From Candidatus Poribacteria bacterium (GTDB taxonomy: Bacteria > Poribacteria > DTPJ01 > WJIO01): 61,244 nt of DNA. The notes beneath the pieces are model-generated. The model was not told the origin of the DNA and ran no database searches. It worked only from the letters and a program-made list of their open reading frames with translations. A program made the position numbers and the translations under genes. Below are positions 1 through 9,575 of the stretch, one piece after another. How positions within the stretch are numbered: position 1 is the first letter of the stretch; every line of letters starts with the position of its first letter. Where the stretch lies: assembly GCA_014730235.1 (NCBI GenBank), contig WJIO01000421.1, positions 1 to 61,244 on the forward strand, written 5' to 3'.

Positions 1-1
1 A

Positions 2-715
2 CATTATGTGGGGCATCGTGAGTGGAATATAGTGGAGGTAGGATCAGGTGATCCTAATTCATACATACAATCTCACCTTTGCTTCAAATTACCTAATGAA
101 GTCGACCTGGAAAGTTGTGCCTTGCTGGGTGTTACAGGCGTTGGCATGAGGCATATAAGGAGAATTGATGTTAGACCTGCTCAGAAAATTATGATCGCAG
201 GTTTAGGCCCTATAGGGCAATCCGCGGCCCAGTCAGCCAGAGCTTTTGGAGCTCATGTCACAGTATCAGATCTGAATCAGCAGCGTTTAAATGTGGCGAA
301 GGAACTAGGGGCACATGTATGTATAAATATATCCGAACCTCCCGGTTATGATTTACTTAAAGCTGGTGGGCCGTATGATTACATCGTTGATGCCTGCGGG
401 GCAAAATCCTTGTTTTCTGACATTATGGAATATGGTCTTTTAGCCCATAAAGGGGTTATTGGTGCTGTAGCCGTTAGGAGTGAAACTACCTTCCATTGGG
501 GAATGCTGCATGGTACCGAGGCATCCATTGAAGTTTCATGTCATTTCAGCCTGGATGATTTAAGAGTTATAATGCACTTTCTCATGTTAGGTATAATTAG
601 ACTTGAACCACTTATATCACATAAAGTCAGCATAGAAGAAGCACCGGAAATATACTCCATAATGAGGGATAAACCCTCTAACCTTCTGGGGGTTGTTTTT
701 AACTGGAAAGAATAA
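2..715 (+). CDS. Zn-dependent alcohol dehydrogenase (MDR) family protein, 5'-truncated by window edge
   Basis: Frame is open from base 2. Rossmann motif IAGLGPIG, V.D....RL..A.ELGA and C-terminal PLISH...EEAPE.Y typical of MDR enzymes. Confidence 0.8.
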   Translation, partial: HYVGHREWNIVEVGSGDPNSYIQSHLCFKLPNEVDLESCALLGVTGVGMRHIRRIDVRPAQKIMIAGLGPIGQSAAQSARAFGAHVTVSDLNQQRLNVAKELGAHVCINISEPPGYDLLKAGGPYDYIVDACGAKSLFSDIMEYGLLAHKGVIGAVAVRSETTFHWGMLHGTEASIEVSCHFSLDDLRVIMHFLMLGIIRLEPLISHKVSIEEAPEIYSIMRDKPSNLLGVVFNWKE

Positions 716-760
716 TCTGATTTATCTTTTTATTTAACGATTTAACAATTAAATTATATA

Positions 761-860
761 GTTCTTCCGGGTTTAGTGTGGTAAATATAAGGAACTTCCT
801 TATGCTGTCATTCCTGCTTTTGCAGGAATGACAAATTTTGTAATTTACCATCATTATAAA
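761..860. mobile_element. Degenerate ISL3-like MITE copy (left arm plus GTCATTCCTGC hairpin at 807-832)
   Basis: GTTCTTCCGGGTTTAGTGTGGTAA matches the arm of the intact copies; the right end is decayed and its boundary is approximate. Confidence 0.65.
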
Positions 861-952
861 GGTATTTTCTAAATACATTTTCCATTTTTTAACGATTACA
901 TTAATATATTAACGGTTACATAAAGTCACAATAAAAACAGGTTGGAATAATA

Positions 953-2179
953 ATGTCTAAAAAATTTATACAATACGGAGCTGGTAATATAGGTCGCTCT
1001 CTAGTCGGTCAATTGTTTTCAAAAGCCGGTTATGAGGTTGTCTTTATTGATGTTGATGAAAAAATAATAGACGCGCTGAATAGGGAGAGGAAATACCTTA
1101 TTCAGGTAAAAGATGAGGTTCCCCAGGATATATGGGTTGAAAATGTCCGGGGAGTCAATGGTAATGATATTGAAGCTGTTGTTAATGAAATAGCTACAGC
1201 CGATATGATGGCAACAGCGGTGGGAACAAACGCCCTCAAATATATATACGAAGTTATAGCTAAAGGCATAAAAGAACGTAAAGAGCCTATCAACATTATC
1301 ATATGTGAAAATTTACGCCATATGTCTAAAATTGTAAGGGAAAGCCTGACACAATATCTCCCGGAAGGTTTTCCTTTCCAGGAAAGAGTCGGTCTGGTTG
1401 AAACTACCATTGGTAAAATGGTTCCCATTATGCCCAAGGAGATAAGCGAGAAAGATCCTTTGTTGGTCTGGTCGGAGGCCTATAATTTGCTTTATGCAGC
1501 CAAAGATGGTTTTATTGGTGAGATTCCCGACATAGAAGGTTTAATTGTGAAATCCAATTTTGATGCCTATGTTGATCGAAAACTCTTCATACACAATCTT
1601 GGTCATGCCATTACTGCCTATCTGGGTTATCTGGTTGATCCTGATAATATTTACATATCCACAGCCATTGAAAATGAATTTGTAAGGCATATTACTGAAG
1701 CGGCTATGTGGGAATCAGGAAGAGCATTAATAAGGGAATATCCCTTTGAATTTGACGAAGACAGCCAGCGAGAACACATAAACGATTTAATATGCAGATT
1801 TGGTAATATCCATCTGGGTGATACGATCTACCGCGTAGGTCGTGATGTACCCCGTAAAATTGGTTTCAATGAACGTCTTATAGGAGCGGCAAGGTTAGGC
1901 ATAAAAAACAACATAATGCCTAAATATACAGCTATGGGTGTAGCTGCGGCATTTTTCTTCCGGGCGGTTGATCAAAATGGCGAAATGTACGAAAATGATA
2001 AAGTTTTTGCCGAGGAACTGGAAAGACATGGTGTTAACTACATATTAAGCAATATATGCGGTCTTGATTCAAAAAAACACGGGGCGTTGATGGCCCTTAT
2101 TCGACATGCTCATAAACTGCTGATAGGCTGGGCCCGGGGAATGAGACAGGCAAAATTTGAAGATAATGAAGAAAAATAA
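953..2179 (+). CDS. mtlD: Mannitol-1-phosphate 5-dehydrogenase family
   Basis: QYGAGNIGRS, IIICENL, RKLFIHNLGHA and RVGRD..RK...NERL motifs of the mannitol dehydrogenase family. Confidence 0.75.
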   Translation: MSKKFIQYGAGNIGRSLVGQLFSKAGYEVVFIDVDEKIIDALNRERKYLIQVKDEVPQDIWVENVRGVNGNDIEAVVNEIATADMMATAVGTNALKYIYEVIAKGIKERKEPINIIICENLRHMSKIVRESLTQYLPEGFPFQERVGLVETTIGKMVPIMPKEISEKDPLLVWSEAYNLLYAAKDGFIGEIPDIEGLIVKSNFDAYVDRKLFIHNLGHAITAYLGYLVDPDNIYISTAIENEFVRHITEAAMWESGRALIREYPFEFDEDSQREHINDLICRFGNIHLGDTIYRVGRDVPRKIGFNERLIGAARLGIKNNIMPKYTAMGVAAAFFFRAVDQNGEMYENDKVFAEELERHGVNYILSNICGLDSKKHGALMALIRHAHKLLIGWARGMRQAKFEDNEEK

Positions 2180-2191
2180 CACAAAAAGAAT

Positions 2192-2220
2192 TTGACAGCC
2201 TAAATTCTTTGTGTTATTAT
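2192..2220 (+). promoter_or_regulatory. Sigma70-type promoter upstream of the LamG gene pair
   Basis: TTGACA (2192-2197), 17-nt spacer, TG-n-TATTAT extended -10 (2212-2220). Confidence 0.55.
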
Positions 2221-2345
2221 TGATTTAGATGGATTCTTCGGCGACTTCGATGAAATAAATATCCTCTTAATAAATTAAGAACATAATACCCAAAAACAAA
2301 AATATATAGAAATCTGTTTTCCCCTTATTTTCTGAATAAAATATT

Positions 2346-2442
2346 TGCTATTCCGACTTGAGTGTGGAAATGTAAAAAACATTGTCTAATTAAAACAGAT
2401 AATATCTTTTTTAATTATTACCACACCAAACCCAAAAAAATC
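2346..2442. mobile_element. Degenerate ISL3-like MITE lacking the central hairpin
   Basis: TTCCGACTTGAGTGTGG...ATTATTACCACACCAAACCC arms; flanks AAAATATT / AAAATACT (7 of 8 match) resemble a target duplication. Confidence 0.6.
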
Positions 2443-2474
2443 AAAATACTTTATTTCCAAAGGAGGTATTAAAA

Positions 2475-3251
2475 TTGAGAAAAACCATACTGATGGTTGG
2501 TCTGTTTATGTTTATTTTTATTAGTTGCCTTTATGCTTTTGATGATCCTGACCTTACTTTTTATTTCCCATTTGAGGCATTTGATGGTGATACAGCTCTG
2601 GATAAATCGGGCAAGGGTCACAATGGAACCATCAACGGCAATATAAAGATCGTTGATGGTGGCGGAAAAATAGGAAACGCCGCTGAATTTGAGCAGACCA
2701 GTTTTATTGATCTTGATGGTGCTAACTTTCCGCTGGAAGATATACCTGTGGAAGAGATGACTCTGATGGCCTGGATTAAACCGGAAAATACCGGTGGTGA
2801 TCATGCTATATTTAACGCCAGATCTGGTGATTCCACGTGGCTTATACATCCCGAAGCCAAAAGTTCCGGTCAATTTAGATGGCTGCTTCGTGCTGCTGGT
2901 GGTAACACTATCTTTGACATGAAGTTAGGTACGGTAGTCTGGGATGAATGGCAACATTATGCAGGGGTATATGACGGTGATAATGGTATTCTATACATAA
3001 ATGGTCAGAAAGAAGGCGAAATGGCTGGTGGTGCTGATATTTCCCCAGACTGGGCCCAGGGAGCACGTATTGGATATAATATTGATAATAACAGACCATT
3101 CACCGGTGTTATGGATGAGATTTCCCTGTGGAAACGAGCTTTGACACTGGATGAAATTACCGCAATTATGAATAATGGCCTTGAGGACTTCATGGCTGTT
3201 AATCCTGCTGAAAGTCTTTCTACCACATGGGGAAAGATTAAGAGCTTTTAG
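2475..3251 (+). CDS. Secreted LamG/concanavalin A-like domain protein with C-terminal TWGxIK tail
   Basis: AGGAGG RBS and TTG start, signal peptide, W.H.A.VYDG...LY.NG and F.G.MDE LamG motifs; ends AVNPAESLSTTWGKIKSF. Confidence 0.85.
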   Translation: MRKTILMVGLFMFIFISCLYAFDDPDLTFYFPFEAFDGDTALDKSGKGHNGTINGNIKIVDGGGKIGNAAEFEQTSFIDLDGANFPLEDIPVEEMTLMAWIKPENTGGDHAIFNARSGDSTWLIHPEAKSSGQFRWLLRAAGGNTIFDMKLGTVVWDEWQHYAGVYDGDNGILYINGQKEGEMAGGADISPDWAQGARIGYNIDNNRPFTGVMDEISLWKRALTLDEITAIMNNGLEDFMAVNPAESLSTTWGKIKSF

Positions 3252-3362
3252 TTTTATGTTACCGTATGAATAACTTAATTTATTGTGTATATCTTGAGCT
3301 TCAATAACCAGATTTTCTAATTTCAACTAAAATAATTAACATTTCTTGGAGGGAGAAAAATA

Positions 3363-4133
3363 ATGAAGTATACAATTTTAGCCTCAATTATTGCTCTGGT
3401 CATGGTTGCTAGTGTATCAGCCGATCCAGACCTGGTTCTCTATTTCTCATTTGACAATTTTGGTGACGTTGTACCTGATGAATCCGGCAAAGGTAATGAC
3501 GGAATGATTATGGGTTCAGTCGTTATGGATGCTGATGGCAACCGTGGTGGTGCAGCCAGTTTCGCGGATGAAGGTTATATTGACCTTGAGGGGGCAAATT
3601 TCCCTGCCTCTGATATTCCTGTTGAAGCTATGACTTTATGCGCTTGGGCCAAAGTTGAAGATACTGGTGGACACCACGCAATATTCAACGCCAGAGCCAA
3701 TGACGAAACATGGGTAATCCATCCTGAACTTCGTAGTGATGGAGGTTTCCGTTGGTTGCTTCGCGCCGCTGGTGGTAACACCATATTTGACATCCGCGCC
3801 GGTTCATGGACTCCGGGTGAATGGGTTCACTTCGGTGGAGTATACAGTTCCACTGATAGCATGGCCACCCTTTATGTAAATGGTGTGGAAGCTGGCACAG
3901 AAGATGCCCGTATACCTAACGCTCAGATTGTCAGTGATTGGGGTATGGGTGCAAGAGTAGGTAAAAATATTGATGATGCCAGACCATTCACCGGTCTTAT
4001 GGATGACCTGTGCATATACAAGCGGGCCCTTACCGTTGATGAGATCGCTGAAGTTATGGCCGGCGGTCCACCCAGCGCAGCTCCTGTTTCTCCGGAAAGC
4101 AGTCTTGCTGTTACCTGGGGCAGCATTAAATAA
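3363..4133 (+). CDS. Secreted LamG domain protein, tandem paralog of 2475-3251
   Basis: Shares IFNAR..D.TW.IHPE and FRWLLRAAGGNTIFD with the upstream gene; ends APVSPESSLAVTWGSIK. Confidence 0.85.
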   Translation: MKYTILASIIALVMVASVSADPDLVLYFSFDNFGDVVPDESGKGNDGMIMGSVVMDADGNRGGAASFADEGYIDLEGANFPASDIPVEAMTLCAWAKVEDTGGHHAIFNARANDETWVIHPELRSDGGFRWLLRAAGGNTIFDIRAGSWTPGEWVHFGGVYSSTDSMATLYVNGVEAGTEDARIPNAQIVSDWGMGARVGKNIDDARPFTGLMDDLCIYKRALTVDEIAEVMAGGPPSAAPVSPESSLAVTWGSIK

Positions 4134-4160
4134 ATCTTATTTCAATATATAGTCTTGATT

Positions 4161-4203
4161 AACCGTCAGTTCTGAGTTAAAATGAACTGGCGGTTTTTAT
4201 TTT
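4161..4203 (+). terminator. Rho-independent terminator after the LamG pair
   Basis: AACCGTCAGTTC ... GAACTGGCGGTT stem followed by a T-rich tract. Confidence 0.6.
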
Positions 4204-4205
4204 AG

Positions 4206-4325
4206 TAACCGTTAAAAAATGAGATTCTTTCGGGTTCAGTGTGGTAAATATAAGAAACTTCTTTATGCTGTCATTCCTGCTTTCGCAGGAATGACAACCA
4301 GGTGATATTCATTTTTTAACGGTTA
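4206..4325. mobile_element. Small element with perfect 17-bp inverted ends enclosing a partial ISL3-like MITE (4223-4295)
   Basis: TAACCGTTAAAAAATGA (4206-4222) and its exact reverse complement (4309-4325); internal GTCATTCCTGC hairpin at 4270-4295. Confidence 0.6.
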
Positions 4326-4358
4326 TTTCTAATGTTAAAATAATAGAAGGGAATAATC

Positions 4359-5339
4359 ATGACTCTTAAAGCAGGATTTATCGGTACAGGTGGTATATCG
4401 GCAAAACACCTCAATGCAATGAAGGCCATGAAAGATAAAGTTGAAATCAAGGCACTCTGTGATGTCAGTGAAGATGCAGCCAGAGCCAGGGCTCAGGAAT
4501 ACGGTGGAAATGTATATACGGATTATAAGAAAATGCTGGACGAAGATCTGGATATTGCGTTTATCTGTGTTCCTCCCGATTCCCATGGTGATATAGAGGT
4601 TCAATGCGCAGAAAAAGGTTTGCATATGCTTGTGGAAAAGCCTGTCAACCTTTATCTTGAAGATGCAATTAAAGCCAATGAAGCCATAAAAAAAGCCGGA
4701 GTTATTACCAGTGTAGGTTACCTTGCAGGTTATAATAACGTAGATTTAGCTGTTAAAAAATTCCTGGATGGTAAAACAATAGGTATGATCGTATCAGAGC
4801 GCTGGGGTGGAGTACCTGGTGATGAAAATCACTGGTGGCGCGTAATGGATCGCTCCGGTGGTATGCTTCACGAACAGGCTACACACCAGCTAAACACCAT
4901 GAGATATTACGCTGGTGATGTGGTGGAAGTATACAAAAGAGATGCTCTCCGAATCAACAAGGAACTACCAAATCATACAGTTCCCGATTGCGAAATAGTT
5001 ACCCTGTATTTCAAAAGCGGCGCAATTGGTTATATTACTACTACATGCACCATGATAAACGGCGGGGGATGGGGAAGAATGGATATTATCGTTGAAGGCC
5101 ACATGAGAATACAACCGGGCAGAAACGATTTAAAGGTTATACCTGATGGTGCTGCTGATATTGTGGTAAGTGATGAACCAGTATTGGACCTTGATCAATC
5201 ATTTATTGAAGCTATAATTATCGGTGACAGATCCCTTGTAATTGATAACTACGAAAATGGTCTTAAAACAGCAGCTATTACCCTGGCGGCTAATGAATCA
5301 GCTAGAATAAATAAACCGGTATCAGTATATCAGCCTTAG
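4359..5339 (+). CDS. Gfo/Idh/MocA family oxidoreductase
   Basis: GFIGTGGIS, D...ICVPPDSH, G.HMLVEKP motifs. Confidence 0.9.
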   Translation: MTLKAGFIGTGGISAKHLNAMKAMKDKVEIKALCDVSEDAARARAQEYGGNVYTDYKKMLDEDLDIAFICVPPDSHGDIEVQCAEKGLHMLVEKPVNLYLEDAIKANEAIKKAGVITSVGYLAGYNNVDLAVKKFLDGKTIGMIVSERWGGVPGDENHWWRVMDRSGGMLHEQATHQLNTMRYYAGDVVEVYKRDALRINKELPNHTVPDCEIVTLYFKSGAIGYITTTCTMINGGGWGRMDIIVEGHMRIQPGRNDLKVIPDGAADIVVSDEPVLDLDQSFIEAIIIGDRSLVIDNYENGLKTAAITLAANESARINKPVSVYQP

Positions 5340-5387
5340 TGGCTCAAATGACATTTTAATTTAATACATAAAAGGGCTTTTTGTTTA

Positions 5388-5416
5388 TTGACATAGAATG
5401 GCTAAATATGTATAAT
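5388..5416 (+). promoter_or_regulatory. Consensus sigma70 promoter upstream of the ECF sigma gene
   Basis: Perfect TTGACA (5388-5393), 17-nt spacer, TATAAT (5411-5416). Confidence 0.75.
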
Positions 5417-5572
5417 AAGGTTAAATATTTAGGTATTCTAATCAATTGTTCTGCATTGTCAATTGTTGTCATCTAAACACATTTGTTCTTTGCAGAAGAT
5501 GTAGTTGCTATTTAACAGAAATGATTATAGGATTATCATGAAATATTATTACGAAGGGAAATGTTAATGTAA

Positions 5573-6118
5573 ATGGAGAAACTTAGAAAGGAATTTGAAG
5601 ATACAGCTTTAGAGCATATGGGAGCTATATATAGCGCAGCCTTGCGAATGTCTAAAGATAAATCTGAAGCTGAGGATCTGGTTCAGGATACATATTTAAG
5701 AGCTTATCGTTTTTTTGATAGATTTGAACCGGGCACTTCGATTAAAGCCTGGTTATTTAGAATACTTAAAAATACATATATAAATAATTTTAAAAAAAGA
5801 TCAAAAACTCCTGAACACATAGATTTTGATCGGCTTAGATTATCCGAAGAGGAACCAACAAGCTCTCATAATCCGGAGGAGGAAGTGTTATATAGCACCT
5901 TTGGTGATGAGCTTATGCGCTCAATAGAAGCTTTACCGGAAGAATTCCAAAAAGTTATAATGCTGTCTGATGTCTACGGATATTCATATAAGGAAACGGC
6001 CAAAGAGCTTGGTCGTCCAATAGGAACTGTTATGTCAAGATTGCATCGAGGACGAAAATTATTAAGAATTAGCCTTTATGAACAGGCTAAAGAATTGGGG
6101 TATGCAATCGAAGGCTAA
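5573..6118 (+). CDS. ECF RNA polymerase sigma factor (SigR/SigH-like)
   Basis: EAEDLVQDTYLRAYRFF..F.PGTSIKAWLFRILKNTYIN (region 2) and SYKE.A..LGRPIGTVMSRLHRGR (region 4). Confidence 0.9.
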   Translation: MEKLRKEFEDTALEHMGAIYSAALRMSKDKSEAEDLVQDTYLRAYRFFDRFEPGTSIKAWLFRILKNTYINNFKKRSKTPEHIDFDRLRLSEEEPTSSHNPEEEVLYSTFGDELMRSIEALPEEFQKVIMLSDVYGYSYKETAKELGRPIGTVMSRLHRGRKLLRISLYEQAKELGYAIEG

Positions 6119-6141
6119 TTATACTGAACTAAAAAATGAAA

Positions 6142-6177
6142 TAAAGACCGGATTCCTGATCAGGTTTCCGGTCTTTA
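6142..6177. terminator. Hairpin between the sigma gene and iscS
   Basis: TAAAGACCGGA ... TCCGGTCTTTA inverted repeat with internal CCTGATCAGG palindrome. Confidence 0.5.
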
Positions 6178-6190
6178 GTATTTATAGGAG

Positions 6191-7378
6191 ATGAATATGG
6201 AAAGAATTTATATGGATCATAACGCTACAACTCCTGTTCACCCGGAAGTTCTTGCTACTATTTTACCTTATTACAATGAAAAATTCGGAAATGCCTCAAG
6301 TGTTCATACTTTTGGACGAGAGGCAAGAGCTGATATGGAGGAAGCCAGGGAAAAAATTGCTGATTTTATTGGTGCCCAGCCCAGGGAAATCATATTCACC
6401 AGTGGAGGAACTGAATCGGATAATATGGCCATACTGGGTGCTGTATCTAAAAATGTTAAAAAAGGCAAGCATATTATAACCTCATCCATTGAACATCATG
6501 CAGTATTAAACACATGTAAATATCTGGAAAATAAAGGCCACGAGGTTACATACCTGAATGTAGATAAATATGGCGTGATTAATCTTGATCAACTCAGAGA
6601 TTCCATAAAAGATGATACTGTTTTAATTACCATAATGCATGCAAATAATGAAAATGGTACTATCGAACCTATAGAAGAAATAGTTAAAATCGCCGCAGAA
6701 AAAGGTGTGTTGGTACATTCGGATGCAGTCCAGACGTTAGGAAAAGTGCCTATCAATCTCAAAGAGCTGGGTGTTGACCTTATGACCTTTTCAGCTCATA
6801 AAATTTACGGTCCAAAGGGCATTGGTATACTCTATATCCGGCGAGGAACCCGGATAGACCCTTTAATCCGGGGGGGACATCATGAAAGGAATTTGAGGGG
6901 TGGAACTGAAAATGTTCCAGCTATTGTTGGTTTTGCAAAAGCCCTGGAAGTTGCCAATTCTGATATGGATGAAGAGCAAAGCCGCCTGTGGAAATTAACA
7001 GAAAAGCTTAAAAACGGCTTGCTGGATCAGATTGATGACTTGTTTATAAATAGTCATCCGGAAAACCGGGTACCCGGCACAATGAATATTTCTTTTGACT
7101 ATCTTGAAGGTGAGTCTATAATCCTAAGCCTTGATATGAAAGGTGTGGGAGTTTCTACGGGTTCAGCATGCACATCCGGAACTCTGGAACCATCCCATGT
7201 ATTATCAGCCCTGGGTTTACCAATAGCTGCTGCTCAGGGGGCTATAAGATTTTCACTGGGTAGATCCAACACTGAGGAACATGTGGATTACATACTGCAG
7301 GAATTACCTCCTATAATTAAAAGGCTAAGGGATATGTCACCCTTATATGCCGATAAGATGAAGAATAAGTCCTGTTGA
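6191..7378 (+). CDS. iscS: Cysteine desulfurase, NifS/IscS group I
   Basis: YMDHNATTP, GNASSVH, PLP-lysine SAHKIYGPKG, catalytic STGSACTSG. Confidence 0.92.
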   Translation: MNMERIYMDHNATTPVHPEVLATILPYYNEKFGNASSVHTFGREARADMEEAREKIADFIGAQPREIIFTSGGTESDNMAILGAVSKNVKKGKHIITSSIEHHAVLNTCKYLENKGHEVTYLNVDKYGVINLDQLRDSIKDDTVLITIMHANNENGTIEPIEEIVKIAAEKGVLVHSDAVQTLGKVPINLKELGVDLMTFSAHKIYGPKGIGILYIRRGTRIDPLIRGGHHERNLRGGTENVPAIVGFAKALEVANSDMDEEQSRLWKLTEKLKNGLLDQIDDLFINSHPENRVPGTMNISFDYLEGESIILSLDMKGVGVSTGSACTSGTLEPSHVLSALGLPIAAAQGAIRFSLGRSNTEEHVDYILQELPPIIKRLRDMSPLYADKMKNKSC

Positions 7379-7407
7379 TTTGTGTTTATATTTGCTATAT
7401 TTATAAT

Positions 7408-7435
7408 TATAGGGCACGCGCTGGCGTGCCCTATA
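7408..7435. terminator. Bidirectional hairpin between convergent genes (REP-like)
   Basis: TATAGGGCACGC-GCTG-GCGTGCCCTATA, 12-bp perfect stem with AT-rich flanks. Confidence 0.65.
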
Positions 7436-7439
7436 TTCT

Positions 7440-9356
7440 TTATTTTGCTATGGTGATCTTTTTTGTGGCGGCAAATTCGCCAGCTTTCAAGGTATAGAAA
7501 TAAACGCCGCTTGCCACACGCTCTCCTGTCTCGTTTGTGCCATCCCAACGTGCAGCTTTGTCTTTTGTTACATAAACGCCGGGTTCCTGACTTCCTAGTT
7601 TTATGGTCTTTATCAACTGGCCGTTTACGCTGTGTATATCTATAGATACTTCACCAGCCTGGGGTAGCTGATATGGTATCCAAACTTCCGGGTTTGCTGG
7701 ATTTGGGTAGCTGTCCAGAGCAGCGAATTCCAGGGTTGTTTTGGTTTGCGCTGCCGGAGCTGCTTTTGAGCCATGGGCAGGAATCAGATCAGGTGGGTCT
7801 TCCATGAATATCCTGAAATAGGGCCTACCCAGCCATACTTCTGTTCCACCGTCGCTATCTGTACCAAATTCCAGGTCACCCTGTGTAAAGGGATTACCTG
7901 TAGTAATAAAAAGCCCTACAGGTGATGAAACCATAGTACGAGCGCCGTAATTCAGAGGATTGCCAAATCCTGTTTGTGTTACCTGATACCATTTCCATCC
8001 GTTCCAGCTTTTCCACAGGTCAAAACCACCCTGGTTAGCCCATATAGAGGGCATCAGGTAATTTTCTAAAAGCTCTATAATGACCGGGGGCAATTCACCT
8101 ATATCTATAAGCTGTTGTAAAGCCGCTATATCCATAGGTAGATATACACTGGTTGAGTCAAGAACAGCGACATAAAGCCAACCTTCATGCTCTTCCATAG
8201 CCCATACATAACCGGCAAACAGGTTACCAAAACCGCCCTCTTTACCGCTTATGGGCCATTTTCTTCCCTGGTCTGTATCTACCTTGTCGCCGCAAACTAC
8301 CTGCCAGTAGCCGTTAGGCCATATCCTGGTGACACCCGGATATGTTCCCGGCGCGGGATTACCTTCGCCCACATACATTTTTCCCTTGAACGGTTGTAGA
8401 GTCATACCTAAAGGAATTTGCTGTCCTCGACCTGCGCCTCCTGTTATAATAGGTTCCCATTGATAAGGACGAACGCCGGTGGTTTTAGCTCTCCAGACTT
8501 CATATCCGTTAAAGTTAAATGTTCCCACATAAAGGTAATTTCTCAAAACAGCCATATCAAAAATACCAACGTTATCAAGATTACCAAAAGCAACCTCGCT
8601 GGCAGGTCTGAAAGTAATTGTATCACCTGCTACAGTACCCTCAAAGATTACCGGCACACCGCCTTCTGCAGATGCTGTATATAATTTGCCGTTATGGGAA
8701 ACCAAAGCCCTGTAAGAGCTTATATATCCACCAGGATCAGGGATTACGTCCCAATCAAATATAATTTCCATAGGTGTAAAGGTAATTCCGTCAGTTGTCC
8801 TGAGGATTCGCGCCGCCAGCCCGATTTCTGTAAAACCCCCAAAACCCAGAGGTGAGTTACCAATATAAAGCGCACCATCATGAACCACCATATCCCGATA
8901 GCCATGATCCAATGGCAGAGCAAACACTTCGGGATTATCGGGTGGATTTATAAATGGTGGGCCAATTTCCAGGTCTATAGTTTCTGACTTATAGGCCAGA
9001 CGCCACTGTTTGGTTGATGGTGTATATTCCCATACTTCAGCTCGCAGGTCTAATGCCAGGAGTTCCTGGAAAGTCTCTGGTATGATAACCTTGTTGTTCC
9101 CTCCCGGAGACTGACCCTGGCTGATAGCTCCGGATAATTCAAATATGTGCCTGCAAGTTCCTACATAAAACTTACCATTGAACCATGCACTCGACCAACC
9201 ATAACTATTCCCCGAATCGCCAATGCCATTGCCGGCAATCCTTTTAAAATCGCTAAAATACAGGGATCGGGAATAAACTTGAGAATAAGTTATAACGGTA
9301 AATAATAAGGTTAATAATAAAATTTTTAAAATACTTTTTGAAGATACCTTTTTCAT
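7440..9356 (-). CDS. Secreted putative beta-propeller protein with C-terminal FlgD-Ig / T9SS type A-like sorting domain
   Basis: Signal peptide, repeated G.LYVGT-like blades, C-terminal SYPNPANPEVWIPYQL..WDGTNETGERVASGVYFYTL.AG.FAATKKITI.K. Confidence 0.75.
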   Translation of the reverse strand: MKKVSSKSILKILLLTLLFTVITYSQVYSRSLYFSDFKRIAGNGIGDSGNSYGWSSAWFNGKFYVGTCRHIFELSGAISQGQSPGGNNKVIIPETFQELLALDLRAEVWEYTPSTKQWRLAYKSETIDLEIGPPFINPPDNPEVFALPLDHGYRDMVVHDGALYIGNSPLGFGGFTEIGLAARILRTTDGITFTPMEIIFDWDVIPDPGGYISSYRALVSHNGKLYTASAEGGVPVIFEGTVAGDTITFRPASEVAFGNLDNVGIFDMAVLRNYLYVGTFNFNGYEVWRAKTTGVRPYQWEPIITGGAGRGQQIPLGMTLQPFKGKMYVGEGNPAPGTYPGVTRIWPNGYWQVVCGDKVDTDQGRKWPISGKEGGFGNLFAGYVWAMEEHEGWLYVAVLDSTSVYLPMDIAALQQLIDIGELPPVIIELLENYLMPSIWANQGGFDLWKSWNGWKWYQVTQTGFGNPLNYGARTMVSSPVGLFITTGNPFTQGDLEFGTDSDGGTEVWLGRPYFRIFMEDPPDLIPAHGSKAAPAAQTKTTLEFAALDSYPNPANPEVWIPYQLPQAGEVSIDIHSVNGQLIKTIKLGSQEPGVYVTKDKAARWDGTNETGERVASGVYFYTLKAGEFAATKKITIAK

Positions 9357-9517
9357 TTTTATATACCCCTCTTTATCTTCTTTAAAAATAATACCCTCTA
9401 AGCCCTAATAAATAATTAATCATACATCCCCAGATTTAATTATCACCCCTTCCCTTGCTTATTTAGATATAATTCCACTTCTTTTCCCCTCCCGGAATAA
9501 TTCAATGAAATTAAAAT

Positions 9518-9560
9518 TATAGTTAAAAGGGGTGTGTATTACACACCCCTTTTAACTATA
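9518..9560. terminator. Perfect 21-bp palindrome between the tandem propeller genes
   Basis: TATAGTTAAAAGGGGTGTGTA-T-TACACACCCCTTTTAACTATA. Confidence 0.6.
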
Positions 9561-9575
9561 TTTATTTTGCAAAAT

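Noticed and set aside
7373-7435. iscS ends in Cys-TGA with a hairpin downstream, resembling a Sec context
   Set aside because: The protein is already complete, the read-through sequence is low-complexity hydrophobic, and the hairpin is about 30 nt away between convergent genes, fitting a terminator.
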